From an uncultured virus (IMG/VR IMGVR_UViG_2853092212_000004) (Duplodnaviria; Heunggongvirae; Uroviricota; Caudoviricetes): 20,000 nt of DNA. Below are positions 8,468-15,821 of this stretch, one piece after another (the stretch's first letter is position 1; each line of letters opens with the position of its first letter). Position numbers and translations under genes: made by a program. The stretch is from IMG/VR virus record IMGVR_UViG_2853092212_000004; one strand, 5' to 3'. The notes beneath the pieces were generated by a model. It was not told the DNA's origin. It did not search any database and saw only the letters and a program-made list of their open reading frames with translations.

Positions 8468-8827
8468 CTAATGAAAAATAACCTTTCTAGTAATAATTCC
8501 TGCCTTGTTTAGATTATCATATATACTCTTTAATTCCTGCTTGTACCAATCCAAATAAGGATTTCTCAATGCACTATCTTCTCTATTATCACAACACCAC
8601 CAATCAGCAACTTTTAACACTTCAGTTCTATGCTTTAGTACAAGTGGTTCTGGATATTCAAATAATTTCTTTATAATATACACAAAAGTCTTTCCAGTAC
8701 ATCTCCCAGTCATCCTCATATCTATCAACATTGGCTCATTTAAAAGATACTTACGTTGCCATTTATAAAATTTTATATTTAAAGCTTTTTCTATTTCCTT
8801 TATTAGCTCTTCACTCATTATATCCAT
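8468..8827 (-). CDS. Hypothetical phage protein (GRCTGKT P-loop-like motif)
   Basis: AAAGGAG RBS; 119 aa ORF flanked by a 12-bp direct repeat. Confidence 0.75.
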   Translation of the reverse strand: MDIMSEELIKEIEKALNIKFYKWQRKYLLNEPMLIDMRMTGRCTGKTFVYIIKKLFEYPEPLVLKHRTEVLKVADWWCCDNREDSALRNPYLDWYKQELKSIYDNLNKAGIITRKVIFH

Positions 8828-8862
8828 AAATTAATTACTCCTTTCTACATACTGTTTTAGTA

Positions 8863-9429
8863 TTACGCATTAGTTTTCAAACTCTGTTTATAAGCTTTAT
8901 AGTAAAATAAATTGTCTACGCATATTCCTATAGTTATTAATATAAACGCTATATTTACTGGTATTGATACTACAAAACTAATTCCAAATCCTAATAAACT
9001 ACTAAAATTACTTATAATAGTCGAATTGTTATCAAATTGCTCTCTTATAGTTTCTGAATTATATCTCATTGCTCGTAACTTATTATTACCGCAAATAATA
9101 TTCTTACTAATTAATGCAAACAAAAATGTATCTAACAAATAATAAGCTACATTGCTTATTGAGCTTGTACATATTAATATTCCTATAATCGAGTATGCTA
9201 TACCTTCTAATAATAATAGCTGTCCATATATTCTATATAAGTTCTTATGCTTATTCCATATGATAGGGAATAACACTCCAGCTAAACACATTATTATTGA
9301 ATTAAAAGCTATCATCTTTTCTCCAACATCTTTAATTATAGTAAAATGTACTACTGGATAAGCTATTGAATAAAATAAATTACTCAGAAAATTTGCTACT
9401 AATAATTCATCTTTTATAAATTGTTTGAT
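8863..9429 (-). CDS. Multi-pass membrane protein (about 6 TM segments, half-MFS-like); probable ATC start, or ATG at 9315
   Basis: Frame is open 38 codons upstream of ATG 9315, to an ATC preceded by a GGGGGTGA RBS. Several hydrophobic segments. Confidence 0.7.
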   Translation of the reverse strand: MKQFIKDELLVANFLSNLFYSIAYPVVHFTIIKDVGEKMIAFNSIIMCLAGVLFPIIWNKHKNLYRIYGQLLLLEGIAYSIIGILICTSSISNVAYYLLDTFLFALISKNIICGNNKLRAMRYNSETIREQFDNNSTIISNFSSLLGFGISFVVSIPVNIAFILITIGICVDNLFYYKAYKQSLKTNA

Positions 9430-9472
9430 ATAATCACCCCCTAGTTAGTGCATTCTTTCTACACTTTGTGCA

Positions 9473-9781
9473 TTATTTACTCTTCATTAATTGTTCAATT
9501 CTTTTATTAATATCCTCCCATTTCTTACGTTTCTTTCTATCAGCTTCAATAATATCTATAATTTCTTTTCTATTTTTGGCTTTTGTTATATCTCCAGTAT
9601 CAATTTTATTTTTTTTCTCTAATCTATTTAATAATGCTGTAATTAAATAATGTCTAGCTGTTGAAATTCCACCATCTTTACTAATACAAAAATAAGCATT
9701 ATTGCTGATAATACAGTCAACTAATTCTTCTTTGGTCATTTCATTTAATAGTTTTCTAACCTCAATGTTTTTAGCACTCAT
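9473..9781 (-). CDS. Hypothetical phage protein
   Basis: AAGGAG RBS; flanked by an 18/20-bp direct repeat. Confidence 0.75.
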   Translation of the reverse strand: MSAKNIEVRKLLNEMTKEELVDCIISNNAYFCISKDGGISTARHYLITALLNRLEKKNKIDTGDITKAKNRKEIIDIIEADRKKRKKWEDINKRIEQLMKSK

Positions 9782-9822
9782 TCCTTTTACTCCTTAACTC
9801 TACACTTTACGCATTATTACAA

Positions 9823-10197
9823 TCAATTTTTATATTTATACCAATTATGATTTTTCTTTAATATCTCTAAATTTTTATTATGAATTGATACGTCTTTTTC
9901 AGTGGCTTGTCTTAATTCCTCTATATTTTCCTTAGTGATTGTTAATAGAATATCGTCACAATCTTCACTGACTGCATAACATATGAAATAATCATAATCT
10001 TCATAGAATTCATTTTTACCAAAGGTTTCATGCATTACTTTAAAGAATTTCTCCATTTGATCTAATTGAATAGGTCTTAATACCAAAAATTCATTTGAAT
10101 TTTCTTGTAGCTCAATAACTGCTATCTCTAATCCAGCTACTAAGTTCCAATCATCTATAGCATTTTCTTTTACTTTAGCAATTAATTGTTTTATCAT
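9823..10197 (-). CDS. Hypothetical phage protein (acidic)
   Basis: GGAGGGAG RBS; 124 aa ORF. Confidence 0.75.
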   Translation of the reverse strand: MIKQLIAKVKENAIDDWNLVAGLEIAVIELQENSNEFLVLRPIQLDQMEKFFKVMHETFGKNEFYEDYDYFICYAVSEDCDDILLTITKENIEELRQATEKDVSIHNKNLEILKKNHNWYKYKN

Positions 10198-10223
10198 GAT
10201 CTCCCTCCATATATATTTTTTGC

Positions 10224-10736
10224 TTATAGCTCTTTATAAAATTTATCACTTACTGATCTTCCAAGAATTAATTCTAGTCCTTGCTTACTTAGCCAAAAGT
10301 AAATACATTCATCATTATTTGGATGATTAGTACCTTTTTCAGCAAAGCCTTTTTCAACTAATTCATTCCAATCCTTATCTTTTTCCTGAGTAAAAAAATA
10401 ATTTCTATATGGTTTATTTTTTCTTCCTATACCAATACAATGTCTCATTATATCTAATTGATATTGAGTTACATATTCTAATAAATTTTTGACTTCCGTA
10501 TTTTCTCTATTGTATAAAGAGCAATATCCCTTTTGGCATCTATAAAATGCAACTGGTTCTTCATCTTCCTTAACTGGTTGCCTTATTCTTTTACACCTTG
10601 ACGCTGATAACCATTTATCAGCATATTTTTTATAACTTCCACCATCTAACATAGGCAGACCAGTTTTCTTGCATGATGCTGCTGTATAAAATCCATATCC
10701 GTTTGCTACTAGCAAATCTTTTATATTATTACTCAT
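10224..10736 (-). CDS. Hypothetical phage protein, possibly a two-domain fusion
   Basis: AAGGAG RBS before ATG 10736 (MSNNIK). C-terminal MRHCIG...YRNYF...WNELVEKGFA...F.LSKQG resembles a small wHTH-like phage domain. Confidence 0.75.
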   Translation of the reverse strand: MSNNIKDLLVANGYGFYTAASCKKTGLPMLDGGSYKKYADKWLSASRCKRIRQPVKEDEEPVAFYRCQKGYCSLYNRENTEVKNLLEYVTQYQLDIMRHCIGIGRKNKPYRNYFFTQEKDKDWNELVEKGFAEKGTNHPNNDECIYFWLSKQGLELILGRSVSDKFYKEL

Positions 10737-10753
10737 AATTGTTACTCCTTCCC

Positions 10754-10990
10754 CTATACTTCCTTTCGTTTGCACCTGGAACACAACCCCATATTTGCAT
10801 GATAATCTATACTAGAAATTGTAGCTCCGCATAAATAACATTCTTCATTATCTTCCTCGTCTTTATTAGATATATATCCCAATTCCTTGAGTTCTTTTTT
10901 TAAAGCTTCTCTTATATCCAGACCATGCTCTTCTATTCTTTTAATTGCTTTTGGAACTATTATGTCTACAATATCCTTAATAACTCCCAT
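10754..10990 (-). CDS. Small protein with C-terminal CxxC...CxxC zinc finger
   Basis: CYLCG...GLCSRCK. Translationally coupled (TAATG) to the upstream gene. Confidence 0.7.
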   Translation of the reverse strand: MGVIKDIVDIIVPKAIKRIEEHGLDIREALKKELKELGYISNKDEEDNEECYLCGATISSIDYHANMGLCSRCKRKEV

Positions 10991-11238
10991 TAAATCACCT
11001 TCTCATCAATTTTAGTAACATACCACATATCAAATATTTCTTTTTCTTCAATGCAGTAATATATTTGCCATGTTCCTATTACTGGATTAAAGAATTTTAA
11101 TCTATCTTTCTTCTCCACCTTCTCAACCTTATAACTTGCTCCAGTGATCTTACTTGTTATAATAATATCTTTATTGTCTATAACCTTTTCCCAGGCTGAC
11201 AAGAATGTAAATTCAACTGATCTATTTATTTCAATCAT
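10990..11238 (-). CDS. Hypothetical phage protein
   Basis: AGGTGA RBS; 82 aa. Confidence 0.7.
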   Translation of the reverse strand: MIEINRSVEFTFLSAWEKVIDNKDIIITSKITGASYKVEKVEKKDRLKFFNPVIGTWQIYYCIEEKEIFDMWYVTKIDEKVI

Positions 11239-11256
11239 ATTTCACCTATTTTTATC

Positions 11257-11285
11257 AAGGGGATCTCTCCCCTTATATTTTTTTT
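11257..11285 (+). terminator. Hairpin AAGGGGA-tctc-TCCCCTT with T-tract on +
   Basis: 7-bp GC-rich stem followed by ATATTTTTTTT. Confidence 0.5.
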
Positions 11286-11346
11286 GCAGTAACCGTAACA
11301 TTAGCAATTGTAATCCCTGCTGCTAACACTCCTAGTCCTGCAAGTA

Positions 11347-11502
11347 TTAACTTACTATATCTTTCAAATTCTTATAAAAGACTTGCTTTTCTTCTTCTGA
11401 TAAACCTTTAGTAAATTCTTCAAAGATCTCTTTTAAGTCCTTATCAGGCTTTTCAAAATACGCTTTAACAATCTTTTCTGTTTTCTCATTAAGTTTGTCC
11501 AT
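11347..11502 (-). CDS. Small hypothetical protein (51 aa; below the ORF-track cutoff)
   Basis: AGAGGTG RBS; MDKLNEKTEKIVKAYFEKPDKDLKEIFEEFTKGLSEEEKQVFYKNLKDIVS. Confidence 0.7.
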   Translation of the reverse strand: MDKLNEKTEKIVKAYFEKPDKDLKEIFEEFTKGLSEEEKQVFYKNLKDIVS

Positions 11503-11522
11503 CAATAACACCTCTTTTATAA

Positions 11523-12521
11523 TTACTTATCCCATCCTAGTAATCTCTTTTCTAATGAATCATAGTCATATTCTCTTGCCTCAAAGTTATTAAATCTCAG
11601 CGGTTTCACAATATTATCATTTTTAACTCTTGCCTTAGATTCATCTCTGCCTTTTGTTTGCCAGTTCTGTAATATCCCCGAAAGATAACCATAATTATTT
11701 ATTTTTCCACGTTTTACGCATTCAGTAGCTGCTTCCATCATCCAGTTAGCTCCAAAAACTTTAATATCTGCATCTATAAATTCTTTTAACTTGGCACTAC
11801 CTATAAAACCACATTTTTGAAAATGAGCATAAATATTAATCATATCTTTTTCATCGACTACAACAAACGACTCATTGTTATTGGTTATAGTGTTAGGATA
11901 TTGGTTATTGGATTTAGGATTATGGTTATAGGTTATTGGATTATGGTTTTGTCCACTTATCGGTAACGTATCGTCAAACTCTACTGTTTGAGCCATTCCT
12001 TCAAAATTTATTTTTTTATCAGACACGTTATACGTATCGTTATTTATTTCATTCTGATTGGTATACGTATCGTCTAACGACACGTTGTTTATTGCAGATA
12101 AATATTCCTCTATAAGTTGTTTAATAGATGCATTTTTTACATTAGTTACAATTTCTTTTATAAGGGTTTTATCAACTACATTCCCCAAGTCTTTTTTTAT
12201 ACAATCTATCATAGGCTTCCCACCCTTATTTAAATTGTATTTACCATAATTTTTAATGCATATTTCTTTAGTTTCGTCATTGTACACTACTAACTTATGA
12301 GTATTAATAAACCTTGTCATAAGGCTATTTATAGACTCTATACTGTATCCTAAATCAAAAGCCATTTGTTTCTTCACTATTCTATAAATACCTATCATGT
12401 TAGTACAAGGATTAGTAAGAAGATATAAATAAAAATATTTATCCTCTGGTGTCATATCTTCCATTACTTTAGGATCATTCCAAAATTCTGTATAAACTAT
12501 TCTAAATGCCATAAATTTCAC
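11523..12521 (-). CDS. Phage replication initiator, DnaD/DnaB_2-domain protein
   Basis: N-terminal wHTH FRIVYTEFWND...EDKYFYLYLLTN; low-complexity linker; C-terminal DnaD-like NYGYLSGILQNW; tail FNNFEAREYDYDSLEKRLLGW. Confidence 0.88.
   Translation of the reverse strand: MKFMAFRIVYTEFWNDPKVMEDMTPEDKYFYLYLLTNPCTNMIGIYRIVKKQMAFDLGYSIESINSLMTRFINTHKLVVYNDETKEICIKNYGKYNLNKGGKPMIDCIKKDLGNVVDKTLIKEIVTNVKNASIKQLIEEYLSAINNVSLDDTYTNQNEINNDTYNVSDKKINFEGMAQTVEFDDTLPISGQNHNPITYNHNPKSNNQYPNTITNNNESFVVVDEKDMINIYAHFQKCGFIGSAKLKEFIDADIKVFGANWMMEAATECVKRGKINNYGYLSGILQNWQTKGRDESKARVKNDNIVKPLRFNNFEAREYDYDSLEKRLLGWDK
11878..12086. repeat. Putative phage replication origin inside the initiator gene: 7-bp tandem array plus ACGTATCGT iterons
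   Basis: About ten degenerate heptamers (TTATTGG/TTATGGT/TATAGGT-like) at 11878-11947. ACGTATCGT at 11966, 12032 and 12065. GACACGTT at 12022 and 12079. Confidence 0.65.
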
Positions 12522-12524
12522 TCC

Positions 12525-13598
12525 TTAATTATTTTGACTGAAAAGCCCTATCTTTCTCTTAAACCATATATATACTCCATCTGATATCTTATATAAAATC
12601 TTGGGGTTAATAGGCTTCCCAAAATCAATTTCTATAGATATTTCATCCACTTTATCAAAGCATTTAACTTGTATTGCTAAATAAGATTCCTTATAGTCCT
12701 CAATACTAATTGATAAAATATTATCTTTCGATATACTGCATTGTTTTATATAAAACATGCCTTTAATATAATCATTTGAAATAATAAGCCTAGGATGTTC
12801 AAACTCTTTTAAGGCTCTTTGAAACTTACAAATAATATCTTCCTCTTTAACTTCTTTAGATGCAGTTGGATACATTTCTTGAAGTAAATCCTTATCCAAT
12901 TTGCTTTCAATAGGCTGTTTTATGCCTTGTACCAAAACTTCGATTTCCTCTTTAGATTCCTTTGCATTTAAATCTTTAATTTCCTCATGAATAACTTTCT
13001 GTTCAGATTCTGATAAACTACTTAATGTATGTGCTTGAGTGAGTGTTATTTCCTCCTTATCAAGCTTTTCTTTAAGATCTGGTATTAAATCCTTATCTAC
13101 TTTCTTATAGCGCCCAACTTGGACGCCTGAAAGTCCTAAATCTTTTCCTATAAGATCTCTTGTCTTTCCTTGAAGCTTTTCTCCGTTATTTCTCTTTTGC
13201 TTATAAATGGCTTCAAGCCTTTTAATACCTTCCATTTTTTCGCTTGGTGTCAATTCTCTTTGCTCTGCATTTGCTTGTATTAGCATAAGCTCTGCATCTA
13301 AATCACTGAGGTTTTCTTTAACCTGACATGGTATTTTTTCATACCCAAGGCTTTTTAATGCTCTATATCTTCTTTCTCCTGAAAGAATTTCATACTTTGT
13401 AGGGGAATTAGAAATTTTTCTTACAACCAAATTATGCATAAGACCATTTTCTTTAATAGATTCTGCAAGCTCTTCTATTTCTCTAATGCCATAAAAATTT
13501 CTTTGCGATGGAACTAGACTATTTATATCTAGCTCCTGTGTAAATCCTTTATTCTCTACTCCGTTTATCCTATCTGCTATACCTTTTAAATAAGACAT
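12525..13598 (-). CDS. parB: ParB/Spo0J family partition protein
   Basis: IEELAESIKENGLMHNLVV, YEILSGERRYRAL (CTP-binding box), N..QRELTPSE, HTH. Overlaps the parA end. Confidence 0.92.
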   Translation of the reverse strand: MSYLKGIADRINGVENKGFTQELDINSLVPSQRNFYGIREIEELAESIKENGLMHNLVVRKISNSPTKYEILSGERRYRALKSLGYEKIPCQVKENLSDLDAELMLIQANAEQRELTPSEKMEGIKRLEAIYKQKRNNGEKLQGKTRDLIGKDLGLSGVQVGRYKKVDKDLIPDLKEKLDKEEITLTQAHTLSSLSESEQKVIHEEIKDLNAKESKEEIEVLVQGIKQPIESKLDKDLLQEMYPTASKEVKEEDIICKFQRALKEFEHPRLIISNDYIKGMFYIKQCSISKDNILSISIEDYKESYLAIQVKCFDKVDEISIEIDFGKPINPKILYKISDGVYIWFKRKIGLFSQNN

Positions 13599-14341
13599 TG
13601 CTGCATTTCCTCCACAAAACTTTTGTAGTCCTTAGATGCATTTGCTCTGATATTAAAATAGACCACTGGAGTAGAATTAAAAGTACTCTTAATTACATCA
13701 ACATTATCTCTTATAGTTTGTTTAAATAGCATATCCCCTAGTTCTTCTTTAAGCTCTTGCTTTATTTCTCTGTTGATTGTTGTAGATCTATCCATTGTTA
13801 CCAAAATCCCCAACAATTTTAATTCATCGTTAAATTCTTCTTTAACGCCTTGAATGCTACCCATTAGATATTCAAACCCATCTAGTGCAAATTTATCTAT
13901 TTTCAAAGGAACAACGACATATTTACTAGCAGCCAATGTATTAATAGACAACATTCCTAAACTAGGAGGACAGTCTATTAAGATATAATCAAATGAATCT
14001 TCCTTCTTACTATTGAGCCACTTTTTAAGCCTTGTTTCTCTTGCTTTCTTAGTATCTGCAAGTATTTCAGCTTCACTCATAATCAAATTTATGTTTGCAG
14101 GAACAATCCAAAGATTTTTATATATAGTTCCTTGTATTGGAACATCTTCACCAGCAAGCAATTCATATGTCCCCTTAGTATTAGGATTGTACACATTTAA
14201 GTACTTTGTAGCATTGCTTTGAGGATCAAGATCTATAATTAAAACTTTCTTCCCTTGTCTTCCTAACTCTGCTGCTACATTTACACATGAAGTTGTTTTA
14301 GCAACTCCACCTTTTATATTTAAAAAACTTATAATTTTCAT
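13586..14341 (-). CDS. parA: ParA/Soj family ATPase
   Basis: Deviant Walker A KGGVAKTT, LIIDLDPQSNAT, YILIDCPPSLG. Confidence 0.95.
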   Translation of the reverse strand: MKIISFLNIKGGVAKTTSCVNVAAELGRQGKKVLIIDLDPQSNATKYLNVYNPNTKGTYELLAGEDVPIQGTIYKNLWIVPANINLIMSEAEILADTKKARETRLKKWLNSKKEDSFDYILIDCPPSLGMLSINTLAASKYVVVPLKIDKFALDGFEYLMGSIQGVKEEFNDELKLLGILVTMDRSTTINREIKQELKEELGDMLFKQTIRDNVDVIKSTFNSTPVVYFNIRANASKDYKSFVEEMQQCLI

Positions 14342-14344
14342 CTA

Positions 14345-14373
14345 TTTACATCTCCAATCAAATAATTTATAAT
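14345..14373 (+). promoter_or_regulatory. Sigma-A-type promoter on the strand opposite the early operon
   Basis: TTTACA (14345-14350), 17 bp spacer, TATAAT (14368-14373). Confidence 0.65.
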
Positions 14374-14379
14374 GGAGAT

Positions 14380-14437
14380 ACGGAGTAGTGATCCGTATCT
14401 CAAACATTGGTGAACCTTTATGTAAGGTTCTTTTTTT
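14380..14437 (+). ncRNA. Candidate ~58-nt antisense small RNA
   Basis: Follows the sigma-A promoter. Hairpin ACGGA-gtagtga-TCCGT, then terminator GAACCTT-tatgt-AAGGTTC-TTTTTTT. Confidence 0.55.
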
Positions 14438-14438
14438 A

Positions 14439-14915
14439 TTAGTACCATTGTCTCCCCTCATGTGTTACGTGAAGCCAAACTTTACTCTTACCTTCTAAAA
14501 ATGCAAATCTTAAATATTCTTTTCTATAATGCTCTGTTTGAACTAAATCTTTATATTCTTTACGTACATACTTATGTAACTGTCTTTTCTTCCCATCAGC
14601 TTTAATTACATTGATTACATTACATACACTTACTACACATTCTTCATCATCTGGATCTTGTGCTACATGATCTATATCTTCAACATAATTAATTGCCTTT
14701 GGAGTAGTAATCATTCTTGCGTCTATACCCCTAGCATTAAAATAATTAACGATGAAATTCTTAAAAATCACTTTATTCTCTTCTGTTAAATCCTCGTACC
14801 CTTTAACTTGTAAAGCATCAATGCCATGACAATTTTTTAAATCCTCTAAGCAAGTGAGCTTATAATCATTTAATCCATTTTCTTGATATATTTTTTCAAC
14901 TTCGCTTCTCTTCAT
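14439..14915 (-). CDS. Hypothetical phage protein
   Basis: AAGGAG RBS before ATG 14915; 158 aa. Confidence 0.75.
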   Translation of the reverse strand: MKRSEVEKIYQENGLNDYKLTCLEDLKNCHGIDALQVKGYEDLTEENKVIFKNFIVNYFNARGIDARMITTPKAINYVEDIDHVAQDPDDEECVVSVCNVINVIKADGKKRQLHKYVRKEYKDLVQTEHYRKEYLRFAFLEGKSKVWLHVTHEGRQWY

Positions 14916-14993
14916 TTCTAACACTCCTTACACAATTTACACTTTGAATAATTCCCACAACAAAACCTAATTAAATGAACTTTTCTACTCTTT

Positions 14994-15036
14994 TTATCCA
15001 CAATTTTGCTACGCAATTTATGGCTATTGTGGATAA
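14994..15036. promoter_or_regulatory. Inverted pair of consensus DnaA boxes
   Basis: TTATCCACA 14994-15002 and TGTGGATAA 15028-15036, both intergenic. Confidence 0.6.
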
Positions 15037-15047
15037 AGTGAGGACAT

Positions 15048-15227
15048 TTAATTTTGCACATTTTTCTCTTTCCTTTCTTCTGCTAATTTTTCCATAATGC
15101 ATTTTGCTTCAATTTCAACTATTGGTGCGTAAAATTCTTTATCAGTCATGTCTAAAACTTCAATTATTTCTCGACTTAAGCATTTACCTGTTTTTCTATC
15201 GTAAGTACTTCTTAAAACTCCTACCAT
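15048..15227 (-). CDS. Small hypothetical protein (59 aa; below the ORF-track cutoff)
   Basis: GGGGGA RBS; MVGVLRSTYDRKTGKCLSREIIEVLDMTDKEFYAPIVEIEAKCIMEKLAEERKEKNVQN. Confidence 0.7.
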   Translation of the reverse strand: MVGVLRSTYDRKTGKCLSREIIEVLDMTDKEFYAPIVEIEAKCIMEKLAEERKEKNVQN

Positions 15228-15243
15228 ATTTCATCCCCCACAT

Positions 15244-15726
15244 CTATTCAATTTCTAATTTTTCTAGAGCTATAACTAATTCATTTGTACATCCCGATAA
15301 TTTTTTCAAATTATTAATTATATACTCTACTGTTGGCTTTTCATCTTCCGTTATTACTCCATCTTCCACAACATCCATCAACATTGTCGCCATTTTCTCA
15401 CCAGGTTTTAATAAATTAAATATACTAACTGAAAGTTTATATATATTTTTTATATTCTCTTGGCTTATTGGGCTAATGGTTAACTTTCCAATTTGACATT
15501 CATTACAGCAGTAATAATTTAATAATTCTGGAGCATTATAAATATCAGCCATCTTGCAAACAATATCTACTGGTATTGGTCTTCCTAACTCATAATTAAG
15601 CAAAGAATCTCTACTTATACATAAAGCCTCACTAGCTCCCTCCATATTTTTAAACTTATCCTCATGTTCTGCGGCTTGTTTTCTTGCCGATCTATATGCA
15701 GAATCTTTATTTTTACTCTTTTCCAT
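15244..15726 (-). CDS. XRE-HTH phage regulator (CII-like position)
   Basis: ASEALCISRDSLLNYELG..IPVDIVCKMADIY HTH; YCCNECQIG; EDGVITEDEK. Directly after cro. Confidence 0.8.
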   Translation of the reverse strand: MEKSKNKDSAYRSARKQAAEHEDKFKNMEGASEALCISRDSLLNYELGRPIPVDIVCKMADIYNAPELLNYYCCNECQIGKLTISPISQENIKNIYKLSVSIFNLLKPGEKMATMLMDVVEDGVITEDEKPTVEYIINNLKKLSGCTNELVIALEKLEIE

Positions 15727-15821
15727 TTATTTCTCCTTTCTCACTATTAAGTATTGGAATAATATTACATGTTTATATTCAAAAATTGGACTAGCCTTCT
15801 ATGTTGTATCCAATTTTTGCA

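Noticed and set aside
8441..8512. Tiny + strand ORF (V)MNTFILVLLMKNNLSSNNSCLV after GAGGTAGG as a type I toxin
   Set aside because: The start codon lies in the terminator loop, the ORF runs antisense into gene 8468-8827, and the hydrophobic stretch is too short for a TM helix.
6557..9818. Junction motifs as classical integron attC sites
   Set aside because: No RYYYAAC...GTTRRRY boxes or long imperfect palindromes, and the recombinase is much shorter than IntI; kept only as a non-attC cassette hypothesis.
14461..14476. TGTGTTACGTGAAGCC as a parS site
   Set aside because: Four mismatches to TGTTNCACGTGAAACA, poor symmetry, and inside a coding region.
8912..15496. + strand ORFs 8912-9142, 9152-9361, 9468-9650, 11144-11326, 12058-12249, 14013-14222 and 15104-15496
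   Set aside because: They overlap well-supported - strand genes; their I/L/F/S-rich composition is typical of the reverse complement of AT-rich coding DNA.
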